From the NCBI GenBank assembly GCA_964057225.1, contig OZ059896.1, positions 12,276,001 to 12,340,000 of the forward strand: a DNA stretch of 64,000 nt, read 5' to 3'. The stretch comes from Auanema rhodensis. Its lineage: Eukaryota > Animalia > Nematoda. The notes beneath the pieces are model-generated. The model worked only from the letters and a program-made list of their open reading frames with translations. It was not told the DNA's origin and did not search any database. Below, piece by piece: positions 49,143 to 59,819 of this stretch. The translations under genes were made by a program, and so were the position numbers. How positions within the stretch are numbered: the first letter of the stretch is position 1; each line of letters starts with the position of its first letter.

Positions 49143-49567
49143 ATGGAGATTCTGAGAGAGAGCACTCCACCAAGGAGTGTATTAATGAGACCAATTTGTC
49201 TCTGCAAAACTTGTAGGGAATCATTGCAGGTTATAGACGAGTATCACTGTTTCAGCCTCTGTATAAAGTGTAGAGGAAGGAATGATGCGTTGGGTCTTTT
49301 GAAGGAATTTCGTCACTATAAGCCCGAAAATTTCTCTATTAATGTAAGCTTGCATATTTACTTATTTTCAATTTTATCATTTTTCAGATGCGCTCTTATA
49401 ACACCATGACGTGCAAGCAATCGTTGAACAATATGGGCTATATTGTTATATATGCAGATGAGGCTACTGTAAAGACTTTTGGTTATGAGCAGAATATATT
49501 CTATTTTAAACTAAGTCCAGAAGCACTCAAGCTGAACATGTTTATCCGCTTTGATCCTTCATTTTGA
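49143..49567 (+). CDS. Putative spliced 126-aa accessory protein with two CxxC pairs
   Basis: Exon 49143-49343, phase-0 44-bp intron GTAAGC...TTTTCAG (49344-49387), exon 49388-49567 open to TGA. Motif CLCKTC...HCFSLCIKC. An upstream exon is possible. Confidence 0.6.
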
Positions 49568-49860
49568 CTACAACAAGCACAAATAGTACAATTGGCGTTT
49601 TATTCTTGTTTTGTTATGTGGCATTTTTATATTCTCAGCCGTAACATTTTTTTTTCCAGCACTTGCGAATATCCATCAATGGCTCATCAATTGAGGACGA
49701 ATGATCAACCAACTGGTAAGAATTTGAAAATTTGAATAGTCTACATTTTTTTTTGCAGGTTGAATTGTTGTTTGTATTTTGCTGGTTTTTTATTGTTACA
49801 TTATGCGATATATCAAATAAATCATTTATTATAATTACAATTGTTTATAACATTGAAAAG

Positions 49861-50928
49861 TTATACATTTAAATTTTCTGCATCTATCCATTCATTAAAG
49901 TTGTCGGGATATCCACTCCATTTTACAAATACTTGACGTTTACCGCTTCGAGTACGCTCTTTTAAAACTTTTTCTATATAGTACTGGTTGCTTTTATTAG
50001 TAGCCAAGACAAGTTCAGGTTCGTAGAATATTCCCTTTATACGTTCACCATTATAATCTACAAGTTTATACACGGTTGGGTTTCCGGTTACAACCTCATC
50101 AATTGTGAATAGCTTCATTGTATATCCAGACTCGTAGCTTTTTTCAAAAGTACGCCTATTTTTGCTTATGCGAACAGTATCACCAATTTTAAAGCGGCTT
50201 TTAACAACTGGTGCATATTCTTCAATGAATATATTTGCTTTAACATCAATGGGCCGCATTTTAATTGACCGATTATAAGATTTGTTTATTCCTTCAACCA
50301 AATCATCTAGGATATCAATCCAACGATGATTATTCTTGTAATAGAGATATTTCATCATGCGTGTTTTTAAAGTTCTATTTGCTCGCTCCACCATTGCAGC
50401 CTTTTGTGGTGAACTTGTAGATCCGTGCAGTATGGCAAACTTTTTGAATAGTTTTTCACAATGACTATTATAAAACTCTGTGCCATTATCAGTAATCAAC
50501 TGAATTGGTATAAAATTCTTGAATAAATTTTCAAATGCACTAGCAACCTCTATACTACCTTTAGTTTTCAAAGGCCTAACATATAACATGCGTGTATAAA
50601 CATCAATCATGGTCAACATGTAAGCATAGCCGTCGTTTAATTTTTTATATTTTTGCATATCAACCAAATCTGCTTGCACTGTTAGAAATCGACCACATCC
50701 TCTAGTCTTTCTAGTCTGCATACGCGTTCTGGTTGGTTTATGCCGTGTAAAAGTTTCAGAATCTTGCAAAAAATAATCAACTTGTACCTTTGAAATGCCA
50801 TGTTTTCGTGCTTGCGATAATAAATTCTTGGCTGATGTATATGAAGCTGGATGTTTTATATCGTAATAAATGCTCGCCAAAATATCATTTTCATAATCTA
50901 ATGTAGAACCTTTTACGACCTTGGCCAT
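49861..50928 (-). CDS. Maverick retroviral-like integrase with C-terminal chromodomain
   Basis: DDE motifs QADLVDM, ITDNGTEF, AMVERANRTLK; chromodomain YYIEKVL...VFVKWSGYPDNFNEWI. First ATG at 50928; true start uncertain. Confidence 0.95.
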   Translation of the reverse strand: MAKVVKGSTLDYENDILASIYYDIKHPASYTSAKNLLSQARKHGISKVQVDYFLQDSETFTRHKPTRTRMQTRKTRGCGRFLTVQADLVDMQKYKKLNDGYAYMLTMIDVYTRMLYVRPLKTKGSIEVASAFENLFKNFIPIQLITDNGTEFYNSHCEKLFKKFAILHGSTSSPQKAAMVERANRTLKTRMMKYLYYKNNHRWIDILDDLVEGINKSYNRSIKMRPIDVKANIFIEEYAPVVKSRFKIGDTVRISKNRRTFEKSYESGYTMKLFTIDEVVTGNPTVYKLVDYNGERIKGIFYEPELVLATNKSNQYYIEKVLKERTRSGKRQVFVKWSGYPDNFNEWIDAENLNV

Positions 50929-51601
50929 TCTGTGAGTCTCCTTCTTGTGGTGTGTAATATGATTCGGCGGCAGTATCAAAAGTCTTTGACCTTTTACTTT
51001 TGAGTGTACGAACCGGTGATGGTGAATATCGAATAACAGCTTTACGATGACGAGGCGTTCTAGGTAATATAGTAGAGTCCAAGTCTGTAACAGCCGGTTC
51101 AGCTCTAGTTACAACGTCAACTGAATCATTGTCAGCCGACTCTCTTCTAGTTTGTTTCTTGTTAGAACTAGGTACGCCTTTCCTGGCTAAAAACTTTGAC
51201 AAGACTGAAAATCCATTGGGCTCCGTTTTTGTTTTATCCAATACAAAATCTAAAATTTTTGTAATATTTGTGTTTGGTACAGCCTCATTATTAATCACAA
51301 GTTGATTACTCTTGTTTGTGCGCATCTCTGGAAATCTCTCCCACAAATTGTTATACTTTCTTGGCAACTTGTATTCTGGCAATAGAGGTGGATCAGCATT
51401 TTCCACTTGTACTGATATGGGCGCATCTATACTTTCTCTATAGTTTTTGAGACGAGCAATCAAGTCTTCGTATAGTTCAGCCTTTTTATAGTCGGGTATA
51501 GCTCTATTTTCTCGTAAAAGCTTGAGCTCTGCATCAAACTTGTCTATATTAATTGTTTCCTCGTCGACAGGAATTAGTCGATACTTATGGTTGAGCTTCA
51601 T
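50891..51601 (-). CDS. Uncharacterised Maverick protein (236 aa), probable virion core protein
   Basis: ATG-initiated ORF tightly overlapping its neighbours; basic/Ser-Pro C-terminus ending QNGQG-RKR, resembling a maturation-protease site. Confidence 0.75.
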   Translation of the reverse strand: MKLNHKYRLIPVDEETINIDKFDAELKLLRENRAIPDYKKAELYEDLIARLKNYRESIDAPISVQVENADPPLLPEYKLPRKYNNLWERFPEMRTNKSNQLVINNEAVPNTNITKILDFVLDKTKTEPNGFSVLSKFLARKGVPSSNKKQTRRESADNDSVDVVTRAEPAVTDLDSTILPRTPRHRKAVIRYSPSPVRTLKSKRSKTFDTAAESYYTPQEGDSQNGQGRKRFYIRL

Positions 51602-51906
51602 GATTTAAAACCAAAATAGGCAATACCACATGTAACTATTGTTTTCAATTGTTTGTGTGAAAGCGTTGCCAATAATGATTTAGCCTTTTCCGGTGTGCGT
51701 ATCAAAGCTATTTGACGTAATAATGAAGATATGGGCAAGAGGGTTTTATATTCCTTGTTAGTTAAAAGAAAATTATTATTTTTCACAATATTAAATACAA
51801 TTTCAACAATAATTTCAATTTGTGCAAAAGAAAATGAGGAAACAGAACAAGGAGTTTTGGCGCGAGAAGACAAAAAGTTGAAATTCGACAAAATACGACC
51901 ACTCAT
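51598..51906 (-). CDS. Small Maverick protein (102 aa)
   Basis: ATGA overlap with the next gene. The pattern EIVFNIVKNN.F.LT...LRQIA resembles the small ORF commonly found next to Polinton ATPases. Confidence 0.7.
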   Translation of the reverse strand: MSGRILSNFNFLSSRAKTPCSVSSFSFAQIEIIVEIVFNIVKNNNFLLTNKEYKTLLPISSLLRQIALIRTPEKAKSLLATLSHKQLKTIVTCGIAYFGFKS

Positions 51907-51918
51907 TGAACAAGCACT

Positions 51919-52566
51919 TTAAACACTAAACACATTTCTGGCAACATGAACAATAGGGTTCTCCGCTGTTATATCAGATAGTATACGCTGCTTCTCACTT
52001 GTTAAAGGATGATTGTCAATCAGTAAATGACTATAGGGAGTAGACATTGCATCATCATACGCTTCTAGAGCATTTTTGAAACGTGGCCCAAATAATTGCT
52101 GCAGACAATTACGTATTTGTAATATATCTGAATGATGTTTCATCAGTGTTATATATGTACTATTGATTCGACTGGTCCTGTCCAGTTGAAATGCCGCTTG
52201 CACAAGATTAAACACTGCCAAATTCCAGTGATGAGCCCACACTGTAAAAATGTTGTTGAGTAATTCCTTTGCTGCTTTATTCGATGAAAAAAAGTTCATC
52301 AAATCATCCAGCACTAGTATAGTATTTACTCCCTTTTGTTCTTTTATCAAATCAGGATCAGGAAGCCCTTGAATAATTATTAAACGCTCATCATTTATTG
52401 GTACACCTGACGATGACCCACATTGACTGAACCAGAATATTCTATCAATGGGGACGTTGAAAAACTTTTCAGTATTTTCACATATGTGTTTTATGAGGGT
52501 TGTTTTACCGCTTTGGGTAGCACCTATTACAGTTGTCTGACTGGGTAGTTTGAAGCTGAAAACCAT
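51919..52566 (-). CDS. DNA-packaging ATPase (A32/FtsK-like)
   Basis: Walker A GATQSGKT, Walker B ILVLDDLM, AHHWN...LVQ and RTSRINSTY; ATG at 52566. Confidence 0.95.
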   Translation of the reverse strand: MVFSFKLPSQTTVIGATQSGKTTLIKHICENTEKFFNVPIDRIFWFSQCGSSSGVPINDERLIIIQGLPDPDLIKEQKGVNTILVLDDLMNFFSSNKAAKELLNNIFTVWAHHWNLAVFNLVQAAFQLDRTSRINSTYITLMKHHSDILQIRNCLQQLFGPRFKNALEAYDDAMSTPYSHLLIDNHPLTSEKQRILSDITAENPIVHVARNVFSV

Positions 52567-52645
52567 AATCAACCACTCGTAAATGTACCTAAAATGCAAA
52601 TGATTTCATTTGCAATAGTGTACACGTATCAAGTGGTGGTTTGTC

Positions 52646-53503
52646 ATGGATGATTTTTACATTACTCTTCCATCATCAGTTGACTCTGAAAAAAATAATA
52701 CATCATCAGTGTTTCTTACCAGATTACCTGAAACACTAAGGCTACGCAATAATAGATATTGCATTGGGCTGACAGACATCATTTTTCCTTGTTCTATATT
52801 AAATGTTCAAAAAGATTTATCTTATACACTACGTTTTTCCAATAGAAAATTTATTCTACACTTGCCTAAAGGCAACTATGGAAATGGTGATGAAATAATA
52901 CGCGGAATCAATGCTGGAAGAGAATCATTTATCGCCAACAATACAAAGCCTCTTGGAGCTGAGGAAGAAGCACGTATAAAAAGTTCAATAGATAAAGATG
53001 AAGATGTAAAAAAATGGTATAATAATCGCCAGGCTGAGGCTAAGCTAGTGGAGGAAATGCTTGCAGACGCCACATTTCAGTTTAACAAAACATTGCAGCG
53101 CATAGAGTTCGTAACAAGCAAGCGACTATTAATGAATGCAACGCTTGGTGATGATTTTGCATATTTTCTTGGTTTTGAAAATAAAAACATCAACGATACA
53201 ATAATAGCCAGGCGTCCCATTGATTTTTCAAATAACATTAATACAATGTATATATATTGTGATATTGTAGAATATTCCATTCTTGGTAATGTGAAAGCTA
53301 ATTTACTTGCATGTTTACCTGTACCACCTCCTACTGAATTTGGTAGAATGATTGCCAAAACATTTAATCCTATTCGTTATGTACCAATCACTAGACAAAC
53401 ACTCGATACCATACGTATTGAAATTTTAGATGAATTTGGTCGTCCTATGCAATTTAATTATGGTTCTACAGTTGTTACATTGCATGTTAAAAATATGAAA
53501 TAA
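52646..53503 (+). CDS. Minor capsid (penton, single jelly-roll) protein
   Basis: MDDFYITLPSS...F.TRLP, MYIYCDIVE.SILGN and FNPIRYVP...IRIEILDEFG are typical of Polinton pentons. Confidence 0.88.
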   Translation: MDDFYITLPSSVDSEKNNTSSVFLTRLPETLRLRNNRYCIGLTDIIFPCSILNVQKDLSYTLRFSNRKFILHLPKGNYGNGDEIIRGINAGRESFIANNTKPLGAEEEARIKSSIDKDEDVKKWYNNRQAEAKLVEEMLADATFQFNKTLQRIEFVTSKRLLMNATLGDDFAYFLGFENKNINDTIIARRPIDFSNNINTMYIYCDIVEYSILGNVKANLLACLPVPPPTEFGRMIAKTFNPIRYVPITRQTLDTIRIEILDEFGRPMQFNYGSTVVTLHVKNMK

Positions 53504-53508
53504 ACGTT

Positions 53509-53973
53509 TTATTCAACAGTTATACAATACCACATTTTTATTTTCGAAGGTTTAAAAGATAATTTAGGGCAGTTTTGTTTGTCGCTCGGCTCGTGTTGTG
53601 AATGTTCTCCGTCACTATTGCTGCGGCATCTTTTTGATTGGGTTGAATGTACAAACTCCTCAGCTTTTTCAAAGGGTTTGCTGGTATCATTTCCATCACC
53701 ATCTTCACCATTCGTTCCATTATTATTATGAATACGCCGAATATGACGCTCACAATTGAATCTTGTTCCAAAAGTTTCACTACAATGAGGGCACAAACGT
53801 CTACGAACACCATCCAAATGTCCATATTTTTGAATAAAGTCAGCATTGCTGATATAATTGTTACATACGGGTTGAATCCCTGCATGCCTTTTCAAAACGT
53901 GATCACTAAAATGCTTGGTTGAAGAAAATATTTCCTTGCATGTACCACAATATTTGTTACATAAAAGTTCCAT
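53509..53973 (-). CDS. C2H2 zinc-finger accessory protein
   Basis: YCGTCKEIF...DHVLKRH and CPHCSETF...RHIRRIH; ATG at 53973. Confidence 0.8.
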   Translation of the reverse strand: MELLCNKYCGTCKEIFSSTKHFSDHVLKRHAGIQPVCNNYISNADFIQKYGHLDGVRRRLCPHCSETFGTRFNCERHIRRIHNNNGTNGEDGDGNDTSKPFEKAEEFVHSTQSKRCRSNSDGEHSQHEPSDKQNCPKLSFKPSKIKMWYCITVE

Positions 53974-54014
53974 TAGAGGAAAATGAAAAACGACCACACG
54001 CCATCAACCCACTT

Positions 54015-54335
54015 TTATATAATGAGCAATAATATGACTAGTGTTGTACAAAAGCAAAAGCAAGTATTAATTTTTACCTTTTTATATTTGGCCAGATAAT
54101 TTTGAATGTACTTGTTCATTTTATATCCCAAGCTACAGAAAAAATAGGCTTGCTTGTTACGGACAAAGATGACCTGCCAATGTGTGCCTGGCTTATCATG
54201 TGTGTCAGTATTTACGACAAGTGCAAAGTTTTTACGACGCGTTTTGGGTAGAGTATCAGCGCTATATACACCGAGAAATAGTTTCCGAGTGCTGGGGACA
54301 GATTGCAATAGTGAAACTATTTCAGACGAATACAT
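54015..54335 (-). pseudogene. Adenain-type cysteine protease, C-terminally damaged
   Basis: FLGVYSADTLP...VVNTDTHDKPGTHWQ contains the catalytic His. The expected Q...CG.YC segment with the catalytic Cys is missing after KVKINT, and the usual FDS reads FCS. Confidence 0.85.
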
Positions 54336-54386
54336 TTTAGTAGAATGATCTAGTGTAACTTTTGTATTGCGCGCGTGCGGTTCGAT

Positions 54387-54837
54387 ATGCCGCACCTCCT
54401 TTTGGATGTCAACTCTATTCAATGGACAACACTTTTAAATCAACAAATGGGTGGCGCCCCATTTAGCGGAATGATGTTTCAACGTTTAATGCAGAGGGGT
54501 CATGGTTTGGGTGGTATTTTGGCAACTTTGGCATCATTTCTACCACGCATCATTCAATCACCTATAGCCCAAAATCTCATCAATGCCGGAAGAAACGCCT
54601 TATCCAGTGCTGTAAGCAATAGTCCAGTTGTAAATTCACCTCTTGGCGGACAGTTGCTGAAAACTGGTAATGAAATTGTCGATGGGATGCTGAAACGCGA
54701 TAATATCAAGGAAACTCTTAAACTCCGGCCGGCAAGCTATACGAGATCTTACCGGCTTGGGCAAACGGCGACGACGCAAAACCACAAAACCTCATAAGCG
54801 GTTGTGCATCACTCGTGAGCGGTCGTTTCACATTTAA
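54387..54837 (+). pseudogene. Putative membrane-lytic/core protein (adenovirus pVI/pX-like), frameshift near 54720
   Basis: QMGG, then QRGHGLGGILATLASFLPRII (amphipathic). The alternative frame continues GRQAIRDLTGLGKRRRRK...FHI to TAA at 54835-54837, abutting the MCP ATG. Confidence 0.7.
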
Positions 54838-56167
54838 ATGGCTAAATTGATAGATTCAAAATCAGCACAAGCCCTTTTACCTAATATATGGTGATATACC
54901 TGCGTCGGCATTAGGTGTTGAATTCACTCGTACTGTACAAGTCCCTTTGAAAAATACGTTTCTTCCTCAAGGACTATGGGAATTTGTTATAGCTCAAAAT
55001 TCCAAATCATTCCTCAATCTGAGAAGATGTTGGTTGAATGTAAAATTTAAAATTGTAACCACAAACGGTGATCCAGTACCAGCCAACCTTGTTTTTGCAC
55101 CATGTCAACAATTTGCTGCCAGTTTAATACATTCGTATTATTTGAAAATTGGCGATGTTAGCGTGTATGACTCTACCGTGAATCATGCCTATAAAACATA
55201 TATCGAGAATATTTTAATGTATAGCAACGATGTTAAAGAGAGCAAACTTGCCATATCAGGCTATTATGCTGATAGATATATAGATAATGCATCCAGTGCT
55301 GGATTTAGAACGCGTCAAGCGCTTGTAAAAAATGGCATATTGTGTGAGATGGCTGCTCCCGTCAGTATCGACCTATTTAATCAAGAGCGACTGTTTGTAA
55401 ACTATTCAAAAATGGAGCTAACTGCATATCCAAACCGTGATAACTTTTTAATTGACACTCTAGGCTGGAATAATGAAAACAAGGATACTACATTAAAGGA
55501 GGAGTTTCCAAATTTGAAAGTAGATATCAGCGATGTACATTTGCTCATTCAAGAGTTTGATCTAAACGCTGGATTAGCTATGGCTATAGAAGATAAACTC
55601 GCAAAGGATCGAATACACTACCCCATGACATCAGTGAAAATGCGCTCTTATTTCATAGAAGGAGGCCGCTTGGATTCACCTAATAATATATTATTCACGT
55701 CTCATACACCGAAACGTGTTGTAGTAGGTCTTGTTGGCGCACACGCCTATAATGGTACTTTTAAACATTCGCCATTCAACTTTAAACCGTTTGATTTGAA
55801 AAATATATACTTGACGCTCAACAATAGGGTAATACCTACCCGTCCTTATAATTTAGAATGGCGATCTTCCTATGCCACAGCATATATTGACATGCTCGAA
55901 GGTTTGGGACTTGGTCGTACAGATTCATCCAATGGTATTACATCAGTAATGTATAAAGCTGGTTTCACATTTTTTGTATTTGATATTTCTCCTACTGTGC
56001 ATTCGTCAGAGTTATTTGATGTTATACGACAAGGTAATGTAGCCTTGAAATTGGAATTTGGTCAACAAACGCCGCAAGAGGGCTTATATGCAATTGTTTA
56101 TGCAGAGTATGACTTTATTCTTTCCATTGACAACAATCGTGCTCCATATATTGATACCAGTTTGTAA
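54838..56167 (+). pseudogene. Major capsid protein (double jelly-roll), frameshift near 54890
   Basis: ATG at 54838 gives MAKLIDSKS..., then the frame changes to GDIPASALGVE..., continuous with the 406-aa ORF. Motifs PKRVVVGLV, AYNG..SPFNFKPF, FFVFDISP, IVYAEY. Confidence 0.9.
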
Positions 56168-56304
56168 TGTATGTAATAAAATTCTTTAAAAGATTTAAGA
56201 ATAAAATTTATTAATACAACTATTTTTAAAAATAAATACATGTACAATGATAAAATTTATAAATACAAATATATACAAGATAAAAATTTATAAATTCAAA
56301 TATA

Positions 56305-59300
56305 TTATTCACAATAACCGTAGGGTAAAGTACTATAATCTTGTAGATAACAAAGTTTATCCATTACGACTTTAGTACTTTTTGTCATATCCATTGTGGA
56401 TATGGCACCGAGTTGCCTCTTTAACAATGTCGTATTGGTTTTTAAAACCAATTTCTCTCCATCCATAACGAGTCCGCGAACCAGTCGCTCCATACTTTCA
56501 AAGTTTACCACTGATGCTGCCGTGTGGTCCAACGTCTGAAAATTATAAAATTATTTGAAAAGTCAAAGCTCGTTCTTACCACTCCCTTTGCCTTTGTTAC
56601 ATATTTTACATCACCAGCTGCATTTACAAGTTTATAACTATAAACTTTTGCCGCTGGTGACACAAACTTGGTCATTGACCAACCATCGGGTATTTCAGAG
56701 GTTAGTTTACCTAACCATTCACCCTTCATATCCTCAATTGGATCTGGCTCATCCAGGCACCTTTGATAAATTAGTGAATCCGTGTCTAAATAATGTAAGT
56801 TTAAATTGAATACAAAGTATAAAATTACCTGTATACACCAAATTCTTTCCAATTTTCTCCATTGCCTTATACAATAGTAGCCTTGTATGAGCGGTTGTAT
56901 AGGCCGCAATAGCTACATTTGTAAAAGGCGGTGGTGCCAAATGTGAATCCTCTGGTACTGTTGTGCAGTACGCAACATTATCCACAATTTTAAACCCAGT
57001 GAGTTCCCTTGCAGGATCAGTAATGATCCTACCAATTTCTGGGTTTTCAATAATCAATAATTTTCAACAATAATCTTGGTTTGGGCTTTATCAGGTCTTT
57101 GACCCATTTTACCCCAGACACTATAAGCAAATTTGTAATGTATTGTTTTAAAAAGTTTACAAACCTATTTAGCTGCAGTTTGGCAATGCTACGCATGGCA
57201 GCATTCTTTTCAATTTTATTGCTTTCCAGAGCAACACCAGTGTTCTCCTTGGGCTCTTGGAGATATATCACCTGTAAAATTCTATTTAATGTGATACTTT
57301 TATTAAAACATACCTTTTCTTCCTCTGTCATGTTTGGCTTTGGCCAGCCCGACGCCTCTTGTTTAATTTTCATGTACTTTTGTACAAACTCTTTAAACAG
57401 GCCGCCTTGTTGCCATTCTTCCCAGTGCCACACCTCATGCACATGAAGCACTTTATAGCCACGTTGTATGGCACACTTGAGCTCAACATGTGTCACGGTT
57501 AGATGGCAACACTTTGCCATAATTTATTGGATGATTATAGAGGTAAGGAAACTGTCCTTTACTCATATCAGGTACACCAAATGCCTTGGGTAACGCTGAT
57601 AGGGGTAAAGGCACTAATAAATAACTATCTTTAAAATATAAATAATTAAATTTTTGACCTCTTAAAGGCTTGACAACCATGCTTATAATCTTGGTCCCAT
57701 TTAAAATTGGATCAGGATATATACCACGGTTTATCAGCCTAGACACCAAGAAATGTATGTCAAAGCGTGAACCATTATGCGCAATCAAAATTGCATTATC
57801 ATTCTCAACAGAGTTGAGTAACCAATCAAGGAAACGATCTGTTACAGACCATTCACTATCACCTTGTTGGTACCCAAAATGGCCCTCCTTGGTTGTGCAT
57901 TTTTCACATGAGTTGGCATCTATACAACTTTCACAAAATTTATTATACACAACCATATTGGGCCATTGTTCATCTGCATATTCATGAACATTTGTACCGT
58001 TTTTTAACACAACCGTTTCAAAGTCATAGAATATAATCTTAAACAAGTAAGCATTACACTTGTAAAGATGTCAAATACAAACCTTGTATTTTTCTTGCCT
58101 CTTTTTTAACTGATCCTTCTTCTTGTCGTTAGGTGGTACCCAACAACAAGAATGATTTTCAGGCTTTGTCTGACCACACTTTTTGCAAAATTTCTCATTG
58201 CAATTGTGCGGTCTATCTGTACGCACCCTGTGATAATGATCACAGTTTTAACATGTCTGAATTTAGTCTTGTAAAATTTTATATATATTTTTTTAAATTA
58301 CCTTAAACATTCGACATGTTTTTCTAATATGCCTGTCAAAGCATTGACGAGTTTTAAACAAAACTCTACAACTATCACATCTTATGCTACTTTCAACCAC
58401 ATTTTCCATCGAATTACATTTTAAGGTGTGGCATTTCTTACACTTGGCTTTACATCTATGCAACACTGTTTTGTAAGTTTATTTACAGTGTTGGCATATA
58501 ATACCATCAAAGCTGTGATCTACTACAAGTTGTAATATAGTCATAATGATTATTTCGGTAGCCTTGTGTTACCACTTTGCTAGCCGTTTCATTAAAGATA
58601 CGCTGAATAGCGTACATACGCTATCCAGGTGGCCAAGCGTATACTACAAACTTATAGTCTGTATTACAACTTGCAATAATATTCAAATGGTTCAAATTAT
58701 AATTTGGTAAATGTACAGAAATACCACACCTATTTAATAAATTGATATGATGTGGTTGATTTGGCAACAAGATGTAGTTGCGACGAAGATTTTGAATCCT
58801 CCGCTTCTCAATAACATCTTCTGCTGCCTCTTCATTGGCTTTCCACATTCCCAGAACTGCTGCTCTAGCCAGGCAATGAGTGTCAGTGTTTTCATTTGTG
58901 CCAGGTATTTTAAGTTCGGCATCAAAATAGAAACCAACTCTACCTTCACCAGGCATCAGGCTTGGCTGCACCGGTCTTTCATCAAACACATACATTTCAA
59001 TATTCATTGCCTGGCTAATTACAGCCTCTCGCTTTGATTGCTGCACCTTGCTGATGGCATTCATGATGGCAACGCCATCCAAATGCTCCCTTCTACGGAA
59101 ATCCATAAATATGGATCCCTTTTCAAAGGATGGGTGCTCTATTGATAAACAAAATAGCGCTTTTTGTTTATCTGGCACAACACTTTCAGCAAGGCACCGA
59201 TCAAGAAATTCATTAAACAGCCGCGGCATGACAACATGCATTGGCTCATTAATGTTTTCCAAATGTGGGAACGTGAGCGATCTAACGACCACGTTGGTAA

Positions 59301-59340
59301 ACCGACCAGTGCGTTTTATGCGTCGGTGTGACCACTATAA
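56305..59340 (-). pseudogene. Protein-primed family B DNA polymerase (pPolB), intron-containing, with internal deletion, stops and frameshifts
   Basis: ExoI IFYDFET, ExoII AHNGSRFD, FKDSY, KGQFPY, motif B RSIAKLQLNS|VWGK and motif C YTD|TDS (both restored by splicing), KVYSY...KAKGV. ExoIII and motif A are missing at about 57510. Start not identified. Confidence 0.93.
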
Positions 59341-59819
59341 TACACACTTTTTATAATGGTTATACGCTTTTAATTTAAATATAAATAATTTTTGTTTATA
59401 AGTTTTAATAAATTTACTTTTCTTTAAATTATTTTTATTAATGTTTAAAAATAAATGGCATTTGATTTTTAAATATAAATTTTTTTTTTTTTATCAACTT
59501 TGAAAAAACTTTTATAAACATTTGTTAATGTTTAAAAATAAATGAGAAGGTCAAGATGGTGTTTTATTATTTTACTAGTTCAAAAAGTTTGAAATATTTA
59601 TAATTTGTAAGAATTCAAAATTGGTTGAAAGAAAGATATATAGTGAGATGAAATGTAAAGATTTTAAAATGAATGCTGTTCAAAAGAATGAATATATAAA
59701 TTTCAAAATACTTGCAATTTGTTTGATAAAATATATAGATTGAGATGAAATGTTAAGATGAGAGAGAGAGAGAGAATTTTATGAATGCAATTGAAAAAGA
59801 GAAATAAATTTCAATAAAA

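Noticed and set aside
49650-49860. Additional tiny spliced ORF (intron-like GTAAG...TTGCAG near 49716-49758)
   Set aside because: The splice signals look real but the products are only 13-42 aa and ambiguous, which is too weak to call.
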